Assembly: GCA_965227295.1 (NCBI GenBank)
Contig: OZ245742.1
Location: 1,504,001-1,568,000 of the forward strand
Reading direction: 5' to 3'
Length of the DNA stretch: 64,000 nt
Origin: Leptonemataceae bacterium
Lineage (GTDB): Bacteria; Spirochaetota; Leptospiria; Leptospirales; Leptonemataceae
Part shown: positions 9,367 to 18,822 of the stretch, piece after piece
Layout of the letters: each line of letters opens with the position of its first letter
Numbering within the stretch: the first letter of the stretch is position 1
Program-made: the position numbers and the translations under genes
The notes under the pieces: generated by a model
What the model was told of the DNA's origin: nothing
Seen by the model: only the letters and a program-made list of their open reading frames with translations
Databases searched by the model: none

Positions 9367-10431
9367 ATGAGCACCACTACCGGCACCGAAACCATGAGCT
9401 ACCGCGAGGCCCTGAGCCTGTCCATGCGGGAGGCCATGACGAATCATCCGCAGACTCTGCTCATGGGCCAGGGCGTGAACGACGCCACGCGCATCTTCGG
9501 TACCACCGACGGCCTGCACGAACTCTTCGCCGACCGGGTTCTGGACATGCCCATCGCCGAAGAGGGCATGACCGGTTTCGCCGTCGGCGCCGCTCTGAAC
9601 GGCATGTATCCGATCCAGACGCACATTCGTGTGGACTTCATGCTGCTCGCCATGAATCAGATCGTCAACATGGCCGCGAAGTACTCGTACATGTACGGCG
9701 GTACCATGAAGACGCCCATGTTGATTCGCGCCGTCGTCGGGCGCTCGTGGGGGCAGGGGCCGCAGCATTCGCAGTCGTTGCAGGCCATGGTGAGCCACAT
9801 CCCCGGTCTCAAGGTGATCATGCCGGCTTCGGCGGACAGCGTTCTGGAAAGCTACGCCCATGCCGTGGCCAACTACGGCGGCCCCGTGATTTCCATTGAA
9901 CACCGTCTGCTCTACGACATGACCTTTTATCGACGCGAGCCCAACGCCGATCCCTTCGGCGCACGCTACGTGGAACGCGGAGACGCCGCGACCATCGTGG
10001 CGACCAGCTACATGGTGGAAGAAGCCCAGAAGGCCCAGCTATGGATGAAAGAAAAAAGCGGCCTCACCTGCGATATCATCGACCTCCACGACGTAAGTGA
10101 TATTGATCACGACTTAGTCTTTGAGAGCGTGAGCCGCACCGGTCGCCTTATTATTGCCGACACGTCCTGGCTGCCCTACGGCGTCTGTGCCGAGGTCAGC
10201 CGCGGCCTGGTCGCGCGCGACCCGTCGATCCTCAAGGCCCCGGTGAAGCAGGTCGGCATGGCCGACGCCCCGTGTCCCACGTCCCACGCTCTGGAAGATC
10301 TGTTTTATCCCGGCATGAACACGATCGTCGGCGCGGTCTACGATCTGGTGCACGGCGCAGGTCACGGCGAAGAAGTGCCGACCGTGGAATTCGCTAAGTC
10401 ACAGAAAAAGCAATTTAAGGGGCCGTTCTAA
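9367..10431 (+). CDS. TPP-dependent dehydrogenase E1 beta / transketolase C-terminal-like subunit
   Basis: DMPIAEEGMTG, GPQHSQ and PGLKV. Confidence 0.85.
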   Translation: MSTTTGTETMSYREALSLSMREAMTNHPQTLLMGQGVNDATRIFGTTDGLHELFADRVLDMPIAEEGMTGFAVGAALNGMYPIQTHIRVDFMLLAMNQIVNMAAKYSYMYGGTMKTPMLIRAVVGRSWGQGPQHSQSLQAMVSHIPGLKVIMPASADSVLESYAHAVANYGGPVISIEHRLLYDMTFYRREPNADPFGARYVERGDAATIVATSYMVEEAQKAQLWMKEKSGLTCDIIDLHDVSDIDHDLVFESVSRTGRLIIADTSWLPYGVCAEVSRGLVARDPSILKAPVKQVGMADAPCPTSHALEDLFYPGMNTIVGAVYDLVHGAGHGEEVPTVEFAKSQKKQFKGPF

Positions 10432-10478
10432 AATCCTGGCCGCCCCGAATCATGTTGTAATAGATCGGGTAAGAATTT

Positions 10479-10600
10479 TTTGGGCGCCTCCACGGCCTTC
10501 GGCCGCGGTCGGGCTGCTACGGGCTCGCGCATTCGCGCTCGTTCCTCCGCGCTTCGCGCTCCGGAATTGCGCTGCGCGCAACCCTTCGCATCCCTGGCGC
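10479..10600 (-). repeat. Multi-hairpin REP/MITE-like element, subtype I, copy A
   Basis: Reverse complement gcgccagggatgcgaagggttgc...gaggcgcccaaa aligns with 24410-24529. Confidence 0.8.
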
Positions 10601-10619
10601 TTGTAAATCGAGGCTCTTC

Positions 10620-10735
10620 GCGTCAGCGATGCGGAGGGGGCCGAAGGCCGTCGCGCGAAGCGCGACCGCAGCGAAGCGGAGCCTGGAGCAGCGCGGTGTC
10701 CGCCGCCTGGGCCTGGCGGCGGGCAGACGCCCAAA
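10620..10735 (+). repeat. Multi-hairpin REP/MITE-like element, subtype II, copy B
   Basis: gcgtcagcgatgcggag...ggcggcgggcagacgcccaaa aligns with the reverse complement of 55424-55544. Confidence 0.85.
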
Positions 10736-10866
10736 AGAAAAATACCCTGTCATGCCCCCTTTCGTCTCAGGGCGGCGGCGTTTTTCTGTCACTTTGATCA
10801 AGCGAAAAATCGTTTGACCGGGGCGTTTTTCGGCATTTTTCTACCTTTTCCAGCGGAGTCTGCCCT

Positions 10867-12867
10867 ATGAGTGCAACCATAACCCAGGACAAAGTCAAGA
10901 TCGGCCTCGCCCAGATCAACAACAGCTTTTCCGGAGCCAGCTACTTCCCCTACGCGGTGGGAATGCTACAAACCTACGCGCAGAAGCATGCGGAGCATCC
11001 GGAGCGCTACGAGTTCCACATCCCCGTATACCGCCGGGAGAACGTGGAGACGGCCGTAGAGAAACTCCTCGGCAACGACATTGTCGGCTTCAGTACGTAT
11101 GTGTGGAACGTTCGACTGTCGCTGGAAATCGCGCGGCGCATTAAGGAGCGCCGACCGGAAACGACCATCATCTTTGGCGGGCCCCAGGTTCCGGATCGCG
11201 CCGAACAGTTCATGCTGGACTATCGCTTCATCGACATCGGTGTCCACGCCGAGGGCGAACAGGTCTTCCTCAAAATTCTCGAAAGTTACCCAAACGTGGA
11301 CCTCGAAAACATTCCGTCCATTTCCTGGGTCGACGAGAGCGGAACCTTCCGCACGAACCCGAAACTGGACCGCCTCAAGGATCTCGAAGAGATTCCGTCC
11401 CCGTACCTGGAAGGCGTGTTCGATCATCTCATGGAGGCGGACCCGGAAGCCGAGTGGCTGGCGCTCTGGGAGACCAACCGCGGCTGCCCGTTCTCGTGTA
11501 CATTCTGCGACTGGGGCTCCGCCACCGTGGCGAAGGTGAATCGTTTCGACATCGAACGCCTGTACAAAGAGGTCGATTGGTTCTCGAATAAAAAGATTGA
11601 ATTCATCTTCTGTTGCGACGCGAACTTCGGCATTCTGCCGCGGGACATGGACATCGCCAACTACGTCGCCGACATCAAAGAAAAGACCGGCTACCCGCGC
11701 GCGCTGTCCGTGCAGAACACGAAGAACCGCGTCGAGCGCGCCTACGAGGTCCAGAAGAAGCTGGCCACGAGCGGCTTGAATAAGGGCGTCACGCTCTCGC
11801 TGCAATCCGTGGACGAACAAACACTCACGGACATCCGCCGGCAGAACATCTCGTCCGAATCGTACGAAATCTTACAGAAACGCTTCACCGAGGATCGCAT
11901 CGAAACTTACAGCGATGTGATCTTAGCGCTTCCCGGTGAGACTTACGAAACGTTCACGAAAGGCGTGTCGACGATCATCAACCAGGGGCAGCACAACCGC
12001 ATTCAGTTCAACAACCTCTCGATTCTGCCGAACGCCGAGATGGGCGATCCCGAGTATCAGAAAAAGTACGGCATGAAGATGGTGGAATCGCGCATCATCA
12101 ACATCCACGGCTCGCTCACGGATCGCGAAGAGTTCGACGAGGCCATTCAGGAAATGCAGGAGTTGGTGATCGGTACGGACGCCATGCCGGAGCCGGACTG
12201 GGTACGCGTGCGCGTCTTCTCCTGGATGATGGCGCTGCTTCATTTCAACAAGGTCTTTCAGATTCCCATGGTCATCACCAACGCGGTGAGCGGCCTGCCC
12301 TGGCACGAGATCGTCGAGCTGTTCACCGAGGGTGACCTCGGCCAGTATCCGAACCTGCGCCGCATCCGTGAGTTCCTGGTGGCAACGGCCGAAGACATCC
12401 AGCAGGGCGGACCGGAGTACGTGCCGTCCAGAGAATGGCTGAACATCTACTGGCCGGCGGACGAGTACATTTTGATCGAACTCATCGCCACCGAAAAGCT
12501 CGGCCGTTTCTATCAGGAGGCCGGCGAACTGATCCTCGACTATCTCGAAAAAGAGCACCTGGACGTACCGAAGAAAATCATCGAGGACGCCATCTCGCTG
12601 AACTTCGGCCTCATGAAGCTGCCCTTTCAGACGGAAGACCTTGAGGTACACACCTCCTACAACATCTGGGAGTACTACCGCTCGCTGCTCGTGAAGGGAT
12701 CGGTGCAACTCGTCGAACAGGATACGCGCTATCACATCGATCGTACCACGGAGACCTGGAACTCCTGGGATCATTACTGCAAAGAAGTGATCTGGTACGG
12801 CAACAAGAAGGGCGCCTACCTCTACACGAACAAAAACCTGGAAATGCAGCTCGCCGGTCACTTCTGA
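10867..12867 (+). CDS. Cobalamin-binding radical SAM protein (class B methylase-like)
   Basis: N-terminal B12-binding domain (GFSTYVWN, IFGGPQ, AEGE); ETNRGCPFSCTFC CxxxCxxC motif. Confidence 0.85.
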   Translation: MSATITQDKVKIGLAQINNSFSGASYFPYAVGMLQTYAQKHAEHPERYEFHIPVYRRENVETAVEKLLGNDIVGFSTYVWNVRLSLEIARRIKERRPETTIIFGGPQVPDRAEQFMLDYRFIDIGVHAEGEQVFLKILESYPNVDLENIPSISWVDESGTFRTNPKLDRLKDLEEIPSPYLEGVFDHLMEADPEAEWLALWETNRGCPFSCTFCDWGSATVAKVNRFDIERLYKEVDWFSNKKIEFIFCCDANFGILPRDMDIANYVADIKEKTGYPRALSVQNTKNRVERAYEVQKKLATSGLNKGVTLSLQSVDEQTLTDIRRQNISSESYEILQKRFTEDRIETYSDVILALPGETYETFTKGVSTIINQGQHNRIQFNNLSILPNAEMGDPEYQKKYGMKMVESRIINIHGSLTDREEFDEAIQEMQELVIGTDAMPEPDWVRVRVFSWMMALLHFNKVFQIPMVITNAVSGLPWHEIVELFTEGDLGQYPNLRRIREFLVATAEDIQQGGPEYVPSREWLNIYWPADEYILIELIATEKLGRFYQEAGELILDYLEKEHLDVPKKIIEDAISLNFGLMKLPFQTEDLEVHTSYNIWEYYRSLLVKGSVQLVEQDTRYHIDRTTETWNSWDHYCKEVIWYGNKKGAYLYTNKNLEMQLAGHF

Positions 12868-12890
12868 TCGGCGGTCGTTTGCCGCTAACC

Positions 12891-13874
12891 TTGAAATATC
12901 GCACATTAGGAAACACGGAGCTCTCCGTTTCGGAGATCGGCTTCGGCTGCTGGGGCATCGGCGGGGACCACAAGGGCGCGGTGGCCTACGGCAAAACCGA
13001 CGACGTTCAATCCCTGCGCGCCCTCCAGGCCGCGGTAGACGAAGGCATCAACTTCTTCGATACCTCGGACTTTTACGGCTACGGCCACAGCGAGGAGTTG
13101 CTGGGCCGCGCTTTCGAAACGCCGGCGTTGCAAGAGCAGACCGTCATCGCTTCGAAGGGCGGCATGCTGGACCCCGACGGGAACCAGGATTTTTCTAAGC
13201 ATCATATCCAGACAGTCCTGGAAGGCAGCCTGCGCCGGCTCAAGCGAGAACGCATCGACCTCTATCAACTGCACAGCCCGGCCGCGGCGGATCTCGGCGG
13301 AGCGCAGCTCCAGGAGACGATCGGTTTTCTGGAAGATGCGCGGAGCGGCGGCAAGATCGGCGTGCTCGGCTTCAGCGCGCGTTCACCCCAGGAGGCTGTC
13401 GCCGCCCTGGAGCTCTATCCGTTCGCGGCGGTGCAGGTAAACTTCAACCTGACGGACCAGCGTGCCCGTGATTGCAATCTGTTCGAGGTCTGCGCGGAAC
13501 GCGGAGCGGGCATCATCGTCCGTACGCCGCTGTGCTTCGGTTTTTTGACCGGCGACTACAACGAAAACACGGGCTTTCCCGAGGGCGACCATCGCAATCG
13601 CTGGCCGGAAGCGCAAAAGAAACTCTGGTTCGGTGCGCTGAAGACTTACGAGTCTATCTACGACGATTACTCCGAGTTCATGAACCGTACGCAGTTTGCG
13701 CTGCAATACTGCCTGAGTTACGCCGGCGTCGCGACGACGATTCCGGGGATGCTCACCGAAGAACACGTGCGGGACAACGCCGCGGCGTCCGACGTGCGGC
13801 GCAAGCTCGGCAAGGCGGACCTGGGGAAGATTGAAGCGACCTATGCGAGCACGAACTTCGTGAGCGGGCGCTGA
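12891..13874 (+). CDS. Aldo/keto reductase
   Basis: IGFGCWGIGG, FFDTSDFYG.GHSE, SK and DLYQLH; probable TTG start. Confidence 0.85.
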   Translation: MKYRTLGNTELSVSEIGFGCWGIGGDHKGAVAYGKTDDVQSLRALQAAVDEGINFFDTSDFYGYGHSEELLGRAFETPALQEQTVIASKGGMLDPDGNQDFSKHHIQTVLEGSLRRLKRERIDLYQLHSPAAADLGGAQLQETIGFLEDARSGGKIGVLGFSARSPQEAVAALELYPFAAVQVNFNLTDQRARDCNLFEVCAERGAGIIVRTPLCFGFLTGDYNENTGFPEGDHRNRWPEAQKKLWFGALKTYESIYDDYSEFMNRTQFALQYCLSYAGVATTIPGMLTEEHVRDNAAASDVRRKLGKADLGKIEATYASTNFVSGR

Positions 13875-13895
13875 GCCGGGCATATCAAAACAAGC

Positions 13896-14837
13896 ATGGT
13901 ATCTGGTAAGATTCTCGTTGCCGGCGCTTCCGGGCTGATCGGCTCCAATCTTCTGCGCCGCCTGCGGGACGACGGGCGGGATGCAAAGGGAACTTACTTT
14001 GCGAACGCGCCGCAGCCGGAAACAGGACTAACTTTCGAACAGCATGACTTTACGAAGTTCGACGATTGCCTGGCTGCCGTCAAAGACTGTGAGACGGTAA
14101 TTCTCTGCGCGAACTCCGTTGCCGGCGCGCAGGCCATGCGCGCGAATCCTACGGCGACGTTGCGACCGAATCTGGCAATTACGGCCGGCCTGTTGGAAGC
14201 CGCATCCCGCAGTAAAGTACAGCGCGTGGTGTTGATCAGCAGCTCGACGGTATATCAAGAAGCGGAACGCGCGCTGAAGGAGAGCGACCTGGACTTGAAC
14301 GTGCAGCCGTATCCGCTCTATCGCGGGGTGGCCTGGTTCCATCGCTACACCGAGCAACTGGCGTTATTTTATCATCAACTGGAAAGGTTCGCCGTGGGTA
14401 TCGTCCGGCCGACGGCGGTCTTCGGTCCGTTCGATCACTTTGAGGACGGCCGGTCACAGATCATTCCGGCGAACATCAAACGTGCCCTGGCGAAAGAAAA
14501 TCCCTACGTCGTTTGGGGTGACGGAACGCCGGTGCGGGATTTCTTGTTTGTAGAGGACTTCGTCAACGACCTGATGCAGTTGATGGACGGCGGCTGCACC
14601 GGCGCGGTGCTGAACTGCGCGAACGGAACGACCATGACCATAGGCGAGGCCGTGCGCGATATACTCGCAGCCTGCGAACACGACGCGGAGGTCCGGTACG
14701 ATCCTTCGAAGCCGTCGGCGATTCCCTATCGTGCGCTGAGCATGGAACGCTGGACCGAAGTCTTCGGTGAGCCGCGGCGCACGCCCTTCGTTGAAGCTGT
14801 TCGGCGCACGGTGGACTGGTATCGCGATCAAGCTTAA
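13896..14837 (+). CDS. NAD-dependent epimerase/reductase, GDP-fucose-synthase-like
   Basis: GASGLIGS, GPFDHF and VWGDGTPVRDFLFVED. Confidence 0.75.
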   Translation: MVSGKILVAGASGLIGSNLLRRLRDDGRDAKGTYFANAPQPETGLTFEQHDFTKFDDCLAAVKDCETVILCANSVAGAQAMRANPTATLRPNLAITAGLLEAASRSKVQRVVLISSSTVYQEAERALKESDLDLNVQPYPLYRGVAWFHRYTEQLALFYHQLERFAVGIVRPTAVFGPFDHFEDGRSQIIPANIKRALAKENPYVVWGDGTPVRDFLFVEDFVNDLMQLMDGGCTGAVLNCANGTTMTIGEAVRDILAACEHDAEVRYDPSKPSAIPYRALSMERWTEVFGEPRRTPFVEAVRRTVDWYRDQA

Positions 14838-14839
14838 GT

Positions 14840-15805
14840 ATGAACAAACGTAACTTACTGATTACCGGGGCCACGGGTTTCATCGGCCGTAACCTGGTGG
14901 AGTACTACGCCGGCCGGGACGACGTAAACGTCTACGCCGTGAACTTTACGCGGCCGGCCTACGACGTGCCCGGCGTAACCTGGATTCAGGCCGATCTTAC
15001 GAAGCAGGACCAGGTGGACGCGCTCTTTTCGAAATTCGCCGTCGACGAGGTGGTGCACGCCGCGGCCACGACTTCCGGCGCGGCGCAGATTGTGGAGAAG
15101 CCTTATATTCACGTGGCCGATAACGCGATCATGAACTCGATGATGCTGCGCGCGACGTTCGACTACTCGGTGAAACATTTCGTTTTTTTCAGCTGTACGA
15201 TCATGTATCCCCCCGGCGATCGTCCCCTGCGCGAGGACGACCTTGATCTGAACCGGGAATTGCAGAAAAACTATTTTCCCGCCGGCTGGACGAAGATGTA
15301 CATCGAAAAGATGTGCGAATTTTACGCGCGCCTGGGACGCACGCGGTATACGGTACTGCGGCACAGCAACGTCTTCGGACCCCACGATAAGTTCGATCCG
15401 GAACGCTCGCACGTCTTCGGCGGCACGGTTACGAAAGTAATGCGCGCCGAGGAGAACTCGAACATCCAGGTGTGGGGTACCGGCGAAGAGGGACGGGATC
15501 TTCTGTTCGTGGACGACCTCGTGCGTTGCGTGGACGTCGTGCTGGATAAACAGAACCAGCCATATGCCATGTACAACGTCGGCTCGGAACGCACGATCCA
15601 GGTCAAACAGCTCGTGCAAAAGGTCATCGAGCTTTCCGGAAAACGGCTCGGCACCGAACACGATCTCAGCAAGCCGACGATTCCGACGACCATCAGCATC
15701 GATTGCTCCCGCATTCGCGAGGATCTGGGCTGGTCCGCCGGGGCCGACTTCGACGAGGCCGTCCGGAAAACCCTGCACTGGTACAAAGAGAACATTCTAA
15801 ATTAA
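14840..15805 (+). CDS. NAD-dependent epimerase/reductase, GDP-fucose-synthase-like
   Basis: TGATGFIG, GPHDKFDPERSHV and VWGTGEEGRDLLFVDD. Confidence 0.75.
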   Translation: MNKRNLLITGATGFIGRNLVEYYAGRDDVNVYAVNFTRPAYDVPGVTWIQADLTKQDQVDALFSKFAVDEVVHAAATTSGAAQIVEKPYIHVADNAIMNSMMLRATFDYSVKHFVFFSCTIMYPPGDRPLREDDLDLNRELQKNYFPAGWTKMYIEKMCEFYARLGRTRYTVLRHSNVFGPHDKFDPERSHVFGGTVTKVMRAEENSNIQVWGTGEEGRDLLFVDDLVRCVDVVLDKQNQPYAMYNVGSERTIQVKQLVQKVIELSGKRLGTEHDLSKPTIPTTISIDCSRIREDLGWSAGADFDEAVRKTLHWYKENILN

Positions 15806-15819
15806 GAGAGTAGCACAAC

Positions 15820-16818
15820 ATGCCCGAAGCGAGAAAATTTCAGCGCGCCCTGATTACCGGCATTACCGGTTCCGGGAGCTCCTACCTGGCGGAGTACATC
15901 GCCGAACATCAGCCGAACGTGGAGATTCACGGCATCGCGCGCTGGCACAGTACCACCGGCAATCAGAACCTGGAAAACATCGCCGATCGCGTTAAGGTTC
16001 ACGAATGTGATCTTACGGATCTCAGTGCCGTGTTTCGTACGCTGGAAGAGGTGCAGCCGGACGTGATTTTCCACCTGGCGTCCCATGCGAACGTGCGCGC
16101 TGGTTTTACCACGCCCCTCGCCGTGATCAACAACAACGTCATGTCCACGGCGAATCTGCTGGAAGGCGTACGCATGACGAAGATCGATCCGGTCTTCAAG
16201 CTGTGCAGCACTTCGGAGGTTTACGGCCAGGTGGATCCGAAGAACGTTCCCATCAACGAAGAATGTCCCATCCAACCGTCGAGCCCGTACGCCGTCTCCA
16301 AGACGACCCAGGATTTCCTGGGCCTCGCTTACTTTCGCAGCTACGGCATGAAGATCATTCGCACGCGCATGTTCGCGTACCTCAATCCGCGCCGGGCCGA
16401 TCTGTTCGCCACCTCTTTCGCGAGACAGGTAGCGCGCATCGAGGCCGGCTATCAAAAAGAGCTGCGCCACGGAAACCTGGAATCCACGCGCACGCTGATC
16501 GATGTGCGGGACGCCATGGAGGCCTACTGGATTGCGGCGGCGTGTTGCGAGCCTGGTGAGGCCTACAACATGGGCGGAACCACCGTCATTAAAGTGGGAG
16601 AATTCCTGGACGTGCTCAAGAAGCTGGCGAAAACGGAGATTCCCAGCAGCGTGGACCCGGCGTTGTTGCGCCCGGCGGACGTAACGTTGCAGATTCCGGA
16701 CTGCAGCAAATTCGAGCGGGCTACCGGATGGAAAACGAAGTACTCTTTCGAGCAGAGCGTGGACTTCTTGCTCTCTCACTGGCGGGAGAAAGTCCAACGA
16801 GAAGGCGAGAAGGCCTGA
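15820..16818 (+). CDS. GDP-mannose/GDP-heptose 4,6-dehydratase
   Basis: ALITGITG..SYLAE, STSEVYG, SPYAVSK and LRPADV. Confidence 0.8.
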   Translation: MPEARKFQRALITGITGSGSSYLAEYIAEHQPNVEIHGIARWHSTTGNQNLENIADRVKVHECDLTDLSAVFRTLEEVQPDVIFHLASHANVRAGFTTPLAVINNNVMSTANLLEGVRMTKIDPVFKLCSTSEVYGQVDPKNVPINEECPIQPSSPYAVSKTTQDFLGLAYFRSYGMKIIRTRMFAYLNPRRADLFATSFARQVARIEAGYQKELRHGNLESTRTLIDVRDAMEAYWIAAACCEPGEAYNMGGTTVIKVGEFLDVLKKLAKTEIPSSVDPALLRPADVTLQIPDCSKFERATGWKTKYSFEQSVDFLLSHWREKVQREGEKA

Positions 16819-16845
16819 AGCACTAACATATTGTAAAACAATCTT

Positions 16846-18042
16846 ATGAGCACGAACACGAACGCTACCAAACTCGACTGGCCGCTCATGGCCAACAACA
16901 TCACCAGGGAAGACCTGGATCTTCTCATCGACTTCCTGAAACAGGACGATCCGATTCTCACCCAATCGAAGAACGTAAAGGCCTTCGAGGCCGAGTGGTC
17001 CGAGTGGGTCGGCATGAAGTACAGCGTCTTTGTAAATTCCGGATCGTCGGCGAACCTGCTGGCCGTGGCGGCGCTCAAGGCCGTCCGGGGCGAAGGTGAA
17101 GTGATCGTTTCCCCGTTCGGCTGGGTGAGCGACATCGCTTCGGTCATTCAGTGCGGATACAAGCCGGTGTTCGCGGACATTAACCCGCGGACGTTGTGTA
17201 TGGACGACGAGGCCGTAATCGCGAAGCTGAACGACCACACGAAGGGCGTACTCTTCGTGCACGCCCAGGGCTTCAACGGACTCAGTGACCGTCTGCTCGA
17301 CGAACTTAAAAAACGCGACATCCCGTTGATCGAAGACGTGTGCGAGTCTCACGGTGCCACGTTCAAAGGACGCAGGCTGGGATCGTTCGGACTCATGTCG
17401 TGTTTTTCGTTTTACTACGCGCACCACATGTCCACGATCGAAGGCGGCATGATCTGCACGAACGACGAAGAGGTGTATCAGATTCTGCGTATGTACCGCT
17501 CTCACGGCATGGTCCGCGAGGTAACCGACGAGGCCGTCAAGCAGCGCCACATTTCAGAAAACCCGGAGCTGAACCCGCAGTTCATCTTCGCGTATCCGGC
17601 GTACAACGTGCGCAGTACGGAGATCAACGCCGTCATCGGCCGCAATCAACTCAAGCGCCTGGATGGAAACAACGAGAAGCGCCGCAAAAACTTCAAGCTC
17701 TTCCTGGACCTGCTCGATTCAAAGAAGTATCGCACGGATTTCGAACTGGAGGGCAGTTCCAATTACGCCTTCAACTTGATCTTAAACGAGGCGGATTTCG
17801 ACTTCTGCAATCGGGTGATGGCCGCCCTGGACGAGGCGAACGTGGAGTACCGTCGCGGCAGTGCCGGCGGCGGCAATCAACTGCGCCAGCCCTATCTCAA
17901 AGACTACATCAAGGCCGAAGAGTACAAGGATCTGAAAGAGCTGGATCACGTGCACTTCTTCGGATTCTACATCGGAAACTATCCCGACCTGCCCGAAGAA
18001 AAGATCCATCGCCTCTGCGAACTTCTGAACGCGGTGCAGTGA
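16846..18042 (+). CDS. PLP/PMP-dependent GDP-4-keto-6-deoxysugar 3-dehydratase (ColD-like)
   Basis: DegT fold (VNSGSSANLL, EDVCESHGA) with His replacing the catalytic Lys (YAHHMSTIEGG); no DdhC-type Fe-S Cys cluster seen. Confidence 0.7.
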   Translation: MSTNTNATKLDWPLMANNITREDLDLLIDFLKQDDPILTQSKNVKAFEAEWSEWVGMKYSVFVNSGSSANLLAVAALKAVRGEGEVIVSPFGWVSDIASVIQCGYKPVFADINPRTLCMDDEAVIAKLNDHTKGVLFVHAQGFNGLSDRLLDELKKRDIPLIEDVCESHGATFKGRRLGSFGLMSCFSFYYAHHMSTIEGGMICTNDEEVYQILRMYRSHGMVREVTDEAVKQRHISENPELNPQFIFAYPAYNVRSTEINAVIGRNQLKRLDGNNEKRRKNFKLFLDLLDSKKYRTDFELEGSSNYAFNLILNEADFDFCNRVMAALDEANVEYRRGSAGGGNQLRQPYLKDYIKAEEYKDLKELDHVHFFGFYIGNYPDLPEEKIHRLCELLNAVQ

Positions 18043-18076
18043 GCGCCGCCGGGAATCCGACGTAATTCTCTGATCA

Positions 18077-18814
18077 ATGCCGAAAACGCAGTTCGATCAA
18101 ACAGACGCCGTCATCCTCTGCGGCGGCTTCGGCACCCGGTTGCGTTCGGTGGTGAGCGACGTTCCCAAGGGACTCGCGCGCATCGGCGGGCGCCCGTTCC
18201 TGGATATTCTGGTCGATCATCTCAAAGGATACGGCCTGCGCCGGTTCGTCTTCTGTGTCGGCTATCTCAAGGAACAGGTGGTCGAACACTTTCAGAGTCG
18301 CGGCGCTACGGAACCGGACACGGAATACGCATACTCCGAGGAAAACGAACCGCTCGGCACCGGCGGGGCATTAACCAATGCCCGGAAGAAGTTTGTGAAT
18401 GAAAGCTTGCTTGTGCTGAACGGCGACTCGTTCTGCGATGCGGACCTGGCGGCGTTCGCGGAAAGCCACGCTGATCGGGAGGCGGAACTTTCCATCGTAC
18501 TGTATCGCAACGAGGAAACCGGTGACTACGGTACGGTGGATATCGACGCAGAGCAACGCCTCACGGCATTTCGCGAAAAGCAGTATCAATCCGGCGGCGG
18601 ATTGATCAACGCCGGCATTTACCTCATGCCCCGCGCGCTCGTCGACGCTATGCCCCCGGCGCCGTTTTCCCTGGAGAAAGACTTCTTTCCGAACGTGATC
18701 GGCGGGCGTCGCTCATACGGTTTTCTCACCGACGCGCCGGTACTGGACATCGGCACGCCGGAACGGTATGAACAGATCGATCAAATCTTCCGAAGTAAGC
18801 AGCAGTCTTCTTAA
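18077..18814 (+). CDS. hddC: Sugar-1-phosphate nucleotidyltransferase, heptose-1-P guanylyltransferase-like
   Basis: LCGGFGTRLRSVVSDVPK, EPLGTGG, NGDS and DIGTPE. Confidence 0.7.
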   Translation: MPKTQFDQTDAVILCGGFGTRLRSVVSDVPKGLARIGGRPFLDILVDHLKGYGLRRFVFCVGYLKEQVVEHFQSRGATEPDTEYAYSEENEPLGTGGALTNARKKFVNESLLVLNGDSFCDADLAAFAESHADREAELSIVLYRNEETGDYGTVDIDAEQRLTAFREKQYQSGGGLINAGIYLMPRALVDAMPPAPFSLEKDFFPNVIGGRRSYGFLTDAPVLDIGTPERYEQIDQIFRSKQQSS

Positions 18815-18822
18815 ATTTTTTC

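Noticed and set aside
8370-10431. Housekeeping pyruvate/acetoin dehydrogenase
   Set aside because: No E2/E3 genes are adjacent and the pair is embedded among nucleotide-sugar genes.
10432-10866. Short ORFs in the gap, and a possible CRISPR-like array
   Set aside because: The ORFs are translations of the hairpin repeats; there is no regular repeat-spacer pattern and no cas genes.
16846-18042. Sugar aminotransferase (perosamine synthase-type)
   Set aside because: The catalytic Lys is replaced by His, which indicates a 3-dehydratase.
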